NCBI GenBank assembly: GCA_013115145.1
Contig: JAAPAO010000327.1
Location: forward strand, 1 to 39,270
Source: Perkinsus chesapeaki ATCC PRA-425
Taxonomy: Eukaryota > Protista > Perkinsozoa
DNA: 39,270 nucleotides
Reading direction: 5' to 3'
Made by a program: the position numbers and the translations under genes. Below are positions 16,119 through 30,625 of the stretch, in pieces. The notes beneath the pieces are model-generated. The model saw only the letters and a program-made list of their open reading frames with translations. It ran no database searches and was not told the origin of the DNA. Positions within the stretch are counted from its first letter, which is position 1, and each line of letters begins with the position of its first letter.

Positions 16119-16815
16119 TAATAGCTTCTTAATGAAAATTTTATCTCAAATCTGATCATAAAATTCCCGCCTTTACTAATTCAAACCCCTGCCTCCCACT
16201 GCCTCCCAATTAATCTCATAACTAAATCGCCTTTGCCGTTCCGGATCCACTACACCTCCAACACTGTCTAGTCGGTTAGCATTCGATGCCTAGCTACACG
16301 AATTCAATTCCAAACACCTAAGCTCTTGTGAGCAGTGAGTCGGAGCATTTACGTTAGCGCTCGCCCGAAAATAAATTGGTGCCATTGAGTGGTGCCTCAA
16401 ACAAGTGTTTCGTGGCATTCGTGAACGTTAAGCTACGCTGGGATAAGTAGCTGTTATAAATTTGTTGTTCTGATTATATTGATAGTTGAGTAAATGCCTA
16501 CACTAATATGCTCTAGTCCCCTTGAGCCTACTCTCCTCTACAGTATACCGCGTTACAAGCCATCGGGATGCTACTTAGATCTGGGACGAGACTATATAAT
16601 CGTCAACAACCTCATCGTCCCGCTTTATTTGATAGTACATGTTCTACTATCCAGCAAAGGCTAAAATCGTGATGCACGGTAGATGTCGCGTACAAACATC
16701 ATAAAAATGTGATAGACTAGACCAATATACCTTTCCCATCACAGTTGGGAGGAAGAGCTATATAGGATCTCAAACCTCGGTCCAACTGCAAACTCTTAGA
16801 AGCAACATAGTGGGA

Positions 16816-17936
16816 TTAGAAACGACCATCTACATATGAAGTTAAAATAACATCTTCAATTATAGGAATCCCCATGAAATTTTCATCTTGTCTATCTCTT
16901 TCTGGGCGCGATAAGGCTACGCTCGTCAGCGGTGCCCTGTCATGAAGTGAGGAACATCATCTAAAGTGCAATACCTTCTCAGTTCGTCATCGTTTTCCAT
17001 TCTAACTTGTGAATCTTTCGTCATATCAGTTGCTACTGCCCATGAAGTTGGTACCTTCAGTGCTCTATCTTGTACACGCTCCCCTCGCCTCGATCCTGCT
17101 GCGTAAACTTTACGAAACAGAATTAGTATACCACGTCACCTTTAGGCAGTCTGACCGGCTTGCTTTCGAATAAGAGTTTCCATTTATGTCCACTAGTCCC
17201 ACTACACCGTCTAGGGCACTGATTCTCTATCGCCAGCAAGAACTCTCGTATTGGCCTGCCGAGTTTTGGAATGCTCCAGAATATCGGGTCCTACTCGCTC
17301 AAGATATACCGGGCGTCGAACACTGTAGCATTCCTTCCATGCTTATCAACTGTCCTGTCAGCGATCACTTTACATATATCCGATGGTAGCTCCAAGACAT
17401 ACCTTCTACAATAATACAATGGGTGATAGAGACCTAGCTTGGCATACCTTGACGGTGCATCCGCACCACAGGTATGACTATCGCCATCATCATTCTCATA
17501 GACCAGCAAAATAAGTGACTTCACTCGATTGAGTACAATTGCCTCATGCAGCCCTCTACATGCCAAATGGACCTGCGCTCCTCAAATACTACATCTAATG
17601 CGCCATTTATCGTAAGCCACTTATACAGCCGGTTTTTCATGTAGGAAAAATTTAACCGACCTACCCTTCATCGCACAGACCCTCACCCTCCTCACTACAT
17701 AATCCAACAATGAGCTGCATCCGGAAGTCCAAGCTTTAAAACATCCAATTCCTCCTCCCATATCAAACAGCGTTTTCTCTTTAAACACGTGCCTGACATA
17801 TTTCTCCATTTAATAAGGTGCCTGACATGTCTCACCTAGGGTAGCATTCTGACACTAACAATACAGTGTAAATCCAGGCTTCCATACCCGACACAATGTC
17901 CCTTGCAATGGCCTCTCGCAGCCTTCTATTATCCAT
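16816..17936 (-). CDS. REV7: HORMA-domain protein, REV7/MAD2L2-like
   Basis: Spliced model: MDNRRLREAIARDIVSGMEAWIYTVLLVSECYPR|HVFKEKTLFDMG...SSLLDYVVRR|VHLACRGLHEAIVLNRVKSLILLVYEND...|RRYVLEL...|..IREFLLAIENQC...KWKLLF...|..TSWAVATD...LRR|APLTSVALS...VILTSYVDGRF*. It aligns by eye along its length with MAD2L2 motifs (EVAVHLILYVREVYP..IF, PELNQYI, KVVVVI, LRAFILKI, PWILAD, IPLKT, MQLYVE). The N-terminus may extend further upstream. Confidence 0.7.
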
Positions 17937-18353
17937 CGGAAAGGAAGGTCTATCGACTTTATAGAAATCCTATCGACACCAAGCATTAGTGAGTTCCCTC
18001 CACTTCAAAAGTGCGGAGCAAAGTTTCTTCATAGTGCGAGCCATCGTATCTTTACGCATGCACGCATTACATTGTAGCCTCGAAAGATTCTCGTTGAAGG
18101 TCAATAAGAAACACTATTTAAGCAACCCACTGACTTCCGAACTAGCAGCTCCTCTCAGTGATGAAAGCTAGTAGCGCATGCCCATTTTGAAGGGGATGCT
18201 ACTTCAACGTTACTTGAAATATATACTCGGACTACGACATTACATGGAGTGATACGTACTTAACCAAACAGACCTCAGTGCGGCGTAAAAGATAGTTATA
18301 TGAGATATTTAGTAACCCCTTGAAGCTTGAAGGCGTATACAAAAGGAAAATGG

Positions 18354-20316
<1,963 letters not shown>

Positions 20317-20454
20317 GGGGGGCGGCGGAGGACACACTACATGTAGACGAACCGGTTCAAGATAGTGAACCTCCAATTTCATAACGACTAACGAGTGACC
20401 TAAATGCCGCACATTTGTCGGAATAAAATCTCCCAGTGAGTGTAATATTTAATA

Positions 20455-23191
20455 ATGTCAAGACCAACCAGCAAGGGCAGTCGAGACCCTCCATTAGTAT
20501 GGTCAAAGACTGAGTTAACTATATATATAATATATCTTACAATAGCACTATTATATGCTATGGATAGTGTTAGAAGGCTTGGTGATGCCTTATTAGCTCA
20601 AGGACGGTTAAAGCCGTTATATAAAGGTAAGGATAACTGATACTAGCATATCTTACTATTTAATCAGGATCATTGCCTTCTACTAATAGAAAAGCTGATT
20701 GGTCTGATCATCAATGGAACTCATTTCGATATAACCTTCCCATACTTATAGTATTCGCTTGCTTTCATACTACTCTATCACGGTAAGTAAATGTCATTTA
20801 TCAACTATTATATAGTTATTAGGTTAATACGGCATTATACCAGCCCCAAAGGATACGCTATATTCCAGTTGGTTGTTGGAATTGGATATGCGTTATACCT
20901 TCATCGGGCATACAGTATCTTCCTTTTGACCGCCTTGTTAATGAATAAATTTCTGATAGAGAGTATGTTACGGAAAGGGAAGAATACAGTGGAGTTTAAA
21001 TGGGTAGTACTGGGTTATGGACCCTCAGGGCTGTTAAAGACGCTACCGTCACTACTGCGGAGGAACTCAACTCGCAATTAGCCCCCCCCCCTACTGTACG
21101 ATGCACATAGTCATATCACTCTCCTGGAGGGTTATGTGTCAGTCACAGTAATCACCAATTGCCACTTATAAGGATCTGTTAGGGGTTGTGTGTCATTAGA
21201 TGTATTCGGCAAAGGTAGGGGTCCTTATTGTTTCCCACGTAGCCTACTATAGTTCTACACGGTGAGGTAAGGGCAATCACATAAGCATTTAGTGAAGGAT
21301 TTTAACCATACGATAGGGCGCTAGGTTGGTATCTCGTCACTAGTAGCCATTAGCGTTAGTCATCTCCATAGTAGAAGGTAATGTTTACCCCTCAGGTCCC
21401 TGCTGTTATGTGGTTGGTTAATATGACATTCCTTATCGCTGTGCGATATTATGACGGCTTTCGATTCGGAGCCATCGCATCCTGGCTTTCATTCCTAGAC
21501 GAGTAAGTTGACCTATAAGGAATCTTAGCTCACTTTAAGTGTAGTTGGGGCCAATCTCAACGTTGGCAAATAATGTATAATATGGTTATGTTGCGTATGA
21601 TATCATATTCAATGGACTACTACTGGGCAGTACGAGATCATCCATCACCACAGTCTCCAAGAGGGGTTGAAATGAAGGACTTAGAATCTGATGAAGAGGA
21701 GGAGGAGGATACAGGAAAGGTACTGGTTGGGTTGGTAGTGTTAGTATTGGATGGTAGTATTAGGTTTATAAGCCTGATATACCACAAGGTGGGGATTATA
21801 AGACTAGAGTAAGGACCAATCTACCAATAAGATATTATCATTCAACACCATTGTATTTGGTAATGTATACAACAATAATCTACACCTCTCATCCATATAC
21901 CCCCATCAGGCTTATCTGTTATATGCTCCTTTATATATAGCTGGTCCTATTATAACATTTAATGCTTTCGTCACCTATGTGTATCAGCCACAAACTACAT
22001 ACTCACCAAAGAAGGTAATAGGACTATTAATGCACCCTTCTCCCGATGATAGTGTTGATTAGATTACCATATATGCTATAAGATGGGTTTTATGTTTGAT
22101 GTTGATGTCTCTCTATCAACACTTCTGTTGGGCTAATATAATAGCCAAAGGATCCGATAGTGCACAGGTGAGCCGCGAATCACACTTATCGATTTTGTAG
22201 ATGATTATTATTATATCAGAACCTTGCTACCATTTCCGGCCCAAATCTCATATTCGTATCCCTATTCGTAAGTCCCTCTCCCACTCTATGGGAATGTACT
22301 GTATAATATTTCAGTCCTTGTTTTTCATATGGTTGAAGTTTGTGATTATATGGCGATTCTTCCGTCTATGGGCACTATGTGATGGAGTAGAGACACCAGA
22401 GAATATGACAAGATGTGTATTTAATAACTACAGTAGGCCGCCCCCACTCTTGACATGTGCCCACTCCTCTTTACACACCTATTTCTAGGTTGTACGCAGT
22501 TTTGGAGATCCTGGCATAGGTCATATAACCAATGGCTTATAAGGTATATATACATACCTCTAGGAGGCACTAAATATAAGTTTCTTAATGTAGCATCTTT
22601 ACCCGCCGCTTTCACTGGTAAATGTTATTATTTCTACTATCTGCAGATATGGGTTATATTTACCTTTGTTGCTGTATGGCATGAATTACAGTTTCAAATG
22701 CTCCAATGGGCCTGGGTTGTATGTGCTATGATGATACCAGAAATAATAGTGTCCCTTACTATACAAAAACAAGACTGGGCAATACCTCTGAGGCGATCTC
22801 CATGGTAATAACATTTGGCATCAATCTGACCTTAGGAGTATCTTAGGTATAAGTATCTTTGTGCCCTTGGTGCTGCCTTTAATATTCTATTATTAATGTC
22901 AGCTAATCTAATAGGATTCTCCTACGGTCCTAATGGGCTTCATATAGTAACCAGTAATAAGCTACTGTTATATTATAACTGTTAACCTCCTCCTTACTTC
23001 CCTCAGACTCTATCAAGCATGGATTCAGTTGGGGTCCAGCTATTGCCTTATTTTTAGCATTCGTATGTGCAGCTCATGTTATGTTATATGTACGTCAACA
23101 AGAGGCCATTAAAAGAGAAGAGTCTTCAATAAAGCAGCCTCCTCCTCAAGTGAGCATGAGGTCTACCACTCGTACTGCTGCTGCTGAATAA
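20455..23191 (+). CDS. GUP1: MBOAT acyltransferase, GUP1/HHATL-like
   Basis: [126 protein letters not shown] and [12 protein letters not shown] (catalytic His) match GUP1 family motifs. Confidence 0.9.
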
Positions 23192-23332
23192 ATGACTTAA
23201 GTACAGTAATCGTCATTGTAGCAGTATGTCTAGTAAACTGTAGTATCTTAACTCATTTTATACAATTAGAGTTCCTTTACATACCTTATTATCTTGTGTT
23301 ACTCAACACCCTCAACTACCGTAATGAAACTA

Positions 23333-25018
23333 TCATAACTTCGCTCCGCTAACATTTGCCATGATCTCAGAATATTTAGATATCCACATCTCTAAGATGT
23401 TATTATGTTTAGCAGTTGGATGGGTAAACAATGGCGCATTAGTCTGCTTTGATAACTCAACTCCTTGGTAGTAAGGTACCTACATAAACCTCGTATTGAG
23501 CTAATCCACAGTAGCTCATATATGTTGCTGCCCCAATTGAGCAGCAGCCCTAAGGTATCCTCCTAAGGATACCTGACTGTTGACTATTTTATATGTATAA
23601 TGTATGAGACTTCGAGTAAACTTGCCATCGTATGTGATATTAAAGACTTACTATCTCATCCTGCTCCCCATGTACTAGGATTACATCAACCTTGGCATAC
23701 TTGAGATTAACTATATTATCAATAGAAGACCATTCGTGGCTCTAAGGACTGTATTCCTATTAGACTACTCCAGCGACAGTACCGCTAACATTTTCCCAAT
23801 AGAGAGGGGTACACCAGCTATCGACCGTATCATAGCTGCCAGCGATACGAATGTTGCTGACGTTACCACTGATCTAACCTTAGCAGTGCTCTGAGAGGGA
23901 TAACTCAAACAAATTGCCAGTCGGCTTACTTCCAATCTTATCCGTTCATTTGCCAACCTAAGGGCTACCGCTCCTCCTAATGAGTGACCTAGTATGTTCA
24001 CTGTTTCGTATCTGATCCATAAGACTATACCAGACATTACAGCCGAGCAAATGTTATCACTGATGGCTGGCTTCTTTATTTAGTAGTGTCTCTAATGCTG
24101 TATTGACTATTGTATTAATTGTGTCTGGAGTGGGCAATGGTCCGTCAGATTCACCATACCCTGGATAATCCACTAGGAGGAAAGTCGCCCTCTGATGGAA
24201 TGAACAAACCATATCATGCTGCCATCAATGTGGGTTAATTTTTACCGAAATTACAATACGGTAATGCATCCTCATCCTCCTTCTCATTTCCCCACTACCC
24301 TACATCAAGTGTCCCTGTTGTATCCCTCCTTCTCATTTCCCCACTACANNNNNNNNNNNNNNNNNNNNNNNNNNNNNNNNNNNNNNNNNNNNNNNNNNNN
24401 NNNNNNNNNNNNNNNNNNNNNNNNNNNNNNNNNNNNNNNNNNNNNNCAAGTGTCCCTGTTGTATCCCTCCTTCTCATTTCCCCACTACCCTACATCAAGT
24501 GTCCCTGTTGTATCCCTCCTCCTTATCCCTTCCACAAAGGTTAGCCAATCCTTAGCCAGCATAGCATTCCCACCGAGTAATAGCCAAAGTGTTCGACGTG
24601 TTGGTCTATTAGTAACAGGTGGGACTACAAAGGCTACCTAACGGCACATTGTAACCAATATTTAATAACCATCTTTACTTGATTATATTGTTGGCCTTGT
24701 ATTGCTACAAAATAAGGTAACTCTTGTACTGGACCAAATCTAGCTGTTATCATCTTATAGTAACTAAAAGGGTAATGAAAAGTACCTTATGGCAAGTTTA
24801 AAGGTTACTCAGCTTCATCAGTGTATCGTCGACGGTAGTATAGTACTTTTGGTACTAGTTGTCTTATTATTACTATAGTACTGATACTAACCAAGCCACC
24901 TATAGGGAATACTAATGTTGATGAGCTAAGATTGAGTGTTACTCCATATGAGGAACTTCTTCCATCCTCCTCCTCTTGTGTTGTTATTCATCAACGATAT
25001 CCTCTTAAACCAGTCCAT
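23333..25018 (-). CDS. Alpha/beta-hydrolase, ABHD13/BEM46-like (spans assembly gap)
   Basis: N-terminal hydrophobic segment, LWLLLGGNAM, LVDYPGYGESDG, nucleophile elbow ILGHSLGGAVAL, SATFVSL, acid motif LVHGEQDEIV and His motif AKHNNI. The 3' end is uncertain. Confidence 0.75.
24276..24520. repeat. 49-bp tandem repeat interrupted by a 98-N gap (24349-24446)
   Basis: Unit caagtgtccctgttgtatccctccttctcatttccccactaccctacat appears partially and fully on both sides of the Ns. Copy number is unknown. Confidence 0.8.
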
Positions 25019-25198
25019 ATCCTCACCAATTGACCGATAGTTCTTCAATTGTGCGCTGTTGGTATTAATTAGCGGCGGAGCGATGCAGCAGTATTGAAGC
25101 GTCTTTAGCGGGCGGCGGCGGGGAGTGTGTGGTTTTAAAGGGGTGTAAGGTTTGTGTAATACATTTAGGCTTATTCTATATAGTTTAACTGTGAATGG

Positions 25199-26386
25199 AT
25201 GAACCCTCAAATTTCAACTACTGAGGACGATCAACTTTTTCTTAAGGAGATGCCGCAGATGATGACTGGTGGTGGTAAGAAAGGTGATGGTGGAATATCC
25301 ACCGATGGTCCCCTTCCACCACCATCATCTTCCTCTGGTGGTGGTGATAATATGTTATTAAGTGATATATTGGATACTCTACAACGTTCCGAAAGGCTAT
25401 TAAAATCGGTACGTGATGAGAACTCTGAGCTACGGGTACAGCTTGGGGTACTTGAACAACAGTTGGATAGAACAAGGGAGAATCTCAGAGATCTTACCGC
25501 TCGGAAAATACTGTTACAACAACAACAACAACAACAACCTCAACCACAATCAACACATAACCACACTCACCAAGAGGAAGAAGACTCCAGTGATGATAAT
25601 GATGATGATGAGGAGGAGTTTTGCCGTTGTACTACAGCCGGTAGCGGTAACTATGCTCCTACTGTTGGTGCTAGTGAGGATGAGTTTATTATGGCTGCTA
25701 ATAGGTTATCATCACCGGATAATATATCAGCTTATCCATGGTCTAAGACTCCCACTAATGATGCTGCTCTTGACAGTAGTAGTTTGCCTACTATTAAGAA
25801 TAGGGATGATAATGAGGAGGTTGATGCTGATGCTGCTGGTGATAAGGCTGATGAGAGTGGTCCCTGGCCTCTATGGCGCATTCTGGATATGTTATCATGT
25901 ATTCCTGATGAACAGGTTATATGTGTTAAAAAGATTCAGCTCATTAAGGGTGATGTCCCTACTGCACTTGCTAAGTATTTCTCTTCTTATGGTAATGTTA
26001 TGACTATACTATTACTTCAACGTAAGACTAGATCTCATACATCTACCTTACCACCTAATATGGGCTTTGTGGTTATGTCTGACCCTACTGCAGTTAAAAC
26101 TATCCTTCAAACTCCACACCATAATATCTCAGGGAGTGTATGTGAGACAACTTCCTTTGAGAATAAACGCAAGATGGTGGACCATCATAACAACAACAAT
26201 ACAATGTCTAGTAATAATGTTAATATGCCAAGACATTCAGTCTGTTCTGCCCCGCCTTCTTCACCAGTATTTACTGCTAATCATGCACTATCATCATCAC
26301 CATCGAGATCATACTCTTCTCTATCATGGTCTAATAAGAGTAATATTAATAATAACTCTATACTACATCCCCATAATTGGGAATGA
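25199..26386 (+). CDS. Intronless 395-aa protein with N-terminal coiled coil, low-complexity tracts and a divergent RRM
   Basis: Single ORF. Coiled coil LLKSVRDENSELRVQLGVLEQQLDRTRENLRDL, poly-Q and acidic tracts. RRM-like segment QVICVKKIQLIKGDVPTALAKYFSSYGNVMTILL...NMGFVVMSDPTAVKTIL has an RNP1-like GFVVM. Confidence 0.75.
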   Translation: MNPQISTTEDDQLFLKEMPQMMTGGGKKGDGGISTDGPLPPPSSSSGGGDNMLLSDILDTLQRSERLLKSVRDENSELRVQLGVLEQQLDRTRENLRDLTARKILLQQQQQQQPQPQSTHNHTHQEEEDSSDDNDDDEEEFCRCTTAGSGNYAPTVGASEDEFIMAANRLSSPDNISAYPWSKTPTNDAALDSSSLPTIKNRDDNEEVDADAAGDKADESGPWPLWRILDMLSCIPDEQVICVKKIQLIKGDVPTALAKYFSSYGNVMTILLLQRKTRSHTSTLPPNMGFVVMSDPTAVKTILQTPHHNISGSVCETTSFENKRKMVDHHNNNNTMSSNNVNMPRHSVCSAPPSSPVFTANHALSSSPSRSYSSLSWSNKSNINNNSILHPHNWE

Positions 26387-27036
26387 TAATAATAATCATC
26401 ATAGTTTTTCTCGATTTTACACCGGCCTCCTCCTCCTGGTTGTAGTTGTGGTGGATTTACAATTGTATTTTCATTTTTTGACGTGTCTTTCTGCTGCTAC
26501 TACTATTGCTGCCGGTGGTGGTGGTTGTGGTTGCGGTAATCTGTGTTCTATCCTATCTGTCATCTCCTCTTTGTATTAATATTCTAGACTCGTAGGTAAT
26601 ATCATTACCATTATATTTTCTACAATCGGTGCTGCCAATAGTGGGCAACATTAACAACAGCCAACAGCATCAGTAGCCGGAGGATGATGATGCGTTGGTA
26701 ATTCACTTGTATATTATGTATGTAAGCCTTAAAGGCTTTAATAGTATATAAGTGTAGTGTTACTTTCTATTTGTTGTCCATTGATAATGTGCTGCTGATG
26801 ATCAACACCCTAAATCCTCCTTTCCTGTAGTCTTATTAATATATTGTGTTATATAACTCAATTACCACCATCACACTGGTCCCCAGTTAACACTGGGTAA
26901 AGGAATATTCACAAATGGTAATGCTAATAGCAGGAGGAGAAGGAGAACCAGCAGCTACAATTCTTAACAGCAATTGTATCATTTTAAACTAGTACAACAC
27001 CACCATGACCATAACCACGGCCGCCAATTCTACTCG

Positions 27037-28821
27037 TCAGTACCAATACTGAACACTTCTTTTGTATTGCCGAGGGTACTTATCCTAATAACAACACTCA
27101 TATATTCCCTGATCATAGTATTATTACCTTTAATCGGTTAAGTTTATCACAAGATGGTCGTGGAGTACTCTTAGCTTGCTCAAGTTGCTCTGGTGAACGA
27201 TTACGCTTTGCTAATTGTATATTCCTAACCATAGTCCTTTCCTCGAAATCACAATCAGTCAAGAGGTTATTTACATAAGACGTTTCTACTACGGTTTCAA
27301 ACCTCCTAAAAGAGCACCATTACTAAGTAAAGGATTACGATGATACTATTACTTTTGCTCGTTAGAGCCGGCAGGGTACTTTGCAGCGTGGCTCGGAGGT
27401 ACGTAATATTTAACATGCATCTCAGATGTACGCTCAAGCTCAGGATACGACTTGGTAGGAGTGAATGAGAACTTTGGTCTGGTAATGATAATGTGATGAT
27501 GATGACAGAGTATGTGATGATATTACCTATGATGACTGTAGGAATTATCAGCACTGAAGTTAGCCAATAAAGTAACAATAAGTAGCATTAATAGCGGTAG
27601 AAACTGCAAGAAGCTGAAACCTGATGATATGAATAATAAAGGACAAGTGGGTTAGTATATTATTATTACGGGTATGTTCATGTTGATGGGGTTGTTGCTG
27701 CTGTGCACGTTGGGCATAGAACTAAAGAGATGGTAAAGATATAAGTGGTAGGGATATATTACAGGTGAATTCTGACGAGGGACTCCAAAAAATGCATCAA
27801 AAACATCCTGTGCTGTCATGAAGTCATCCTAATAATAACAAATGAATGATTAGAGTATTAATAATACCCTACAGGTCGCCCTGGTCTCCCTGATGATGAT
27901 GCCGCCGACTGCTCAGGATCTCTACCAGTATGATCATATGCACGACGCTTAGAATCATCTAAAGATGGAGATTACTACCGAGGTGTAGATTATAGTTATC
28001 TACCTGATAAGCATTGGAATGCCTTAGATACCTTTTTAAATGCCTCTTCAGCACCTGGTGCACTATTCTTATCTGGATGTAATTTAAGGGCAAGTTTACG
28101 GTAACTGAAGTAATACCCCTAATCACTAGTCCATATACCCTTATGAAGAAGTTAAGTGGTAAATGATAAGGAGTAGATATGTGTCAAGATAAGCTTGAAT
28201 TAAGCTCGTATATTAAGGTAAGCCACGTAAGTTGCCGTTTATTACGCCTTTTTAACCCTAGCATCCACATCATCACCATTCCTCTCTATCCCAAGTATCT
28301 CATAATAATCCTCTGTCCGTAATACACGCTGAACTAGTCGGTTTTGTTCATCAGTGTATCTATTATCAATGTCCATTAACCACCTCCATAAACCTCTCTA
28401 TTACGGTTTGCCAGCCTTGTTGGTCCGTGTATTTGTAGATGTCTGCTCTGATGTTTTACGATGCCTCATTCCAGCTGTAGTATCTTTAGTAGTTGGCCTT
28501 GAAGCGGCGGCGGCGGCCTCACTGGATGAGCTCTTGGCGGAGGTCTCGGCATCACTTGGCGAGGTATCTTTACCTTCACGTACCTACAGTAGGCTCTTAT
28601 TGCCTTTATAGAGTATATTTCCATTACTACCTGTTTTAGAAGTGTTTTAGTTTGTATATCGTCATACATTCGAATTGACTTCTCTAAGAATCGTATACAC
28701 TTATCCTTATCACCACTAAATTATAATATTAACAGATTAGACCCTGAAACCATTACCTTCTAAGAGCCTCTACTCCTATATCCCTACACCGCTTAGCCTC
28801 ATCACGGTTAGCAACGGACAT
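27037..28821 (-). CDS. DnaJ co-chaperone, DNAJB12/DNAJB14-like (ER membrane type)
   Basis: N-terminus [35 protein letters not shown] (cf. NKDEAERC..A..FLEKA.RLY), J domain [46 protein letters not shown], and a C-terminus with two Cys ([19 protein letters not shown]) like DUF1977. Confidence 0.85.
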
Positions 28822-28987
28822 ATTATACACGGGACAACAACTTGGTAAAGGATAAGCCATGGGGCTTCAGATCTTGCTTGACTTGAAAATCTTGCAATTA
28901 CTCAACGGTGGCGCAGGTTGCGAAAATGTGCTACCAATGAAACGGTCGGAGCAATTAGCGTTAGCAGATATTATTATTGCTACTTAA

Positions 28988-30625
28988 ATGCTTAATAAAA
29001 TAATCTACATAGTTGGCGGTGTTCTATACAATCCCTACTGTAGTGGGGCATCTGGTATACCTGAAATAAGAGCCCTTGTTGAGGACATAACTACAGCCTT
29101 GCACAGAGCTGCTAGGGAGGTTAATAAAATACAGGATACAGTCCTTAGGAATGCTACTATTGCTAATAGTGTAGCTGAATTGGAGGATATGATATCTATG
29201 GTAGAGGGAATGGTTAATAGGACCTGGTCTCAAGAGACTACTGCAATACAAGATGGGTTCAAGTTCCTAATGGACCGGTCATGGCCCGATGCTAGTAATA
29301 AGATATCCGATAACAATACAGTATCACCTACACCTGCCGTACATGCTAAACCCGCCTTACCGGCTACTAAGCCACCTACTCCTACTAAGGATGTATCGGC
29401 AAAGGGCTCTTTAGTTGGTGGAAAGAACAGCCCACTATTCGATGACTCCAGGCCTAGGTAAAACCCAGCATCATTCGTGGCTGCCATTTTATCATTTTAG
29501 GAGGACTATTAAACCTTTACCTATACTAGAGATAGTCCTATTATTAAGTGGACTATGTTTAGCTTTGGTTGGTGGACATTTCTGTATTAAATCTCGTGCT
29601 GCTGCTGATAGACATGTTGGATATCTTTCCCGTTTGCCAAGGGTAATGCTGTATGCTTTCTATTTGGGATTGTAATACCTTAGGCTGGTGGCGGTACACT
29701 TGAATGTGAAGCCCATCCTACTGTGGATAGATTCCTTGCTGTATTTGCCTATAGAAGGTTTGTCCCATATGGGCAAGGGGCAAAGCTGGAGATAAGGCTC
29801 TCTGGGGGAAAGTAAGCTATTCTAGGATATGTTCTATCTTATTGTGCTGTGTAGCCTTCCCGATATATACCGGATATTTGATATTGAAAGCTTAGTGAGG
29901 CGGGAAGGATGCATTGATCAAGTTGATAGAGCCAAATGTAAGAGTGTGGTATTAAAGGCAATGAGGAAGTGTTATCATTGTTAGTGGAGGACTTCCTTCA
30001 TTCTAAGAATGCATTGGAGGTGGTGTCCATTCATAAGGAGGTATATTGGGCAGCTTTAGAGGACTTGAAGTGTCGTATAATAAAGAAGTTTAGGTAAGTA
30101 ACTGGTAGTTGGTGATGTATTGATTGTTGTAGGGATGATGGTATATATGGAGATGTAGATATAATGATACATGACACACCTGAGAATATATTAGTACGAC
30201 AGAATAGTACTTGGGGTAATATATACCTATTGGTCATCATTCATTACTCTATCTTTAGCACGCTTCATCCGCGATAGGACTACTATGGCATTAATGGCCC
30301 TTAGCCTTATTGGCCTGGTTTGGTATTTACCCTATACCTGGGCTAAATCTAAGCGTCGTACTGTTGTTGCACGCTTTGAAGGTAGTAGTAGAAGGCAAAG
30401 ATACCATATGCGGCTTTATACCAACCCTTAGTTAAAATGTCATCTGATGATTATTGGAGGCTTATTAGGGATAAGGTTAATGAAATGTCAAGTGAAGCCT
30501 CTAGAGCCCTCAGGTAGTGCAATCCCTCCCTCTCCAGTACACTGTACACCTGTTTGTTCAGTACCAGTCCAACAACTGCCATATCATCGTCCTGTGTGGA
30601 TGGGCCATCTGAGATTGATGTTTAG
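28988..30625 (+). CDS. Hypothetical membrane protein with two internal TM helices
   Basis: Exons splice in frame at GT-AG sites: helical N-region (157-aa ORF), TM LPILEIVLLLSGLCLALVGGHFCI, a loop, TM TMALMALSLIGLVWYLPYTW, and a tail ending GPSEIDV*. No family was recognised. Confidence 0.5.

Noticed and set aside
24276-24520. Repeat as a CRISPR-like array
   Set aside because: Contiguous units with no spacers, eukaryotic context, and no cas genes.
25242-26579. Long alternative-frame and antisense ORFs over the RRM gene
   Set aside because: Explained by low-complexity codon usage of the 395-aa ORF.
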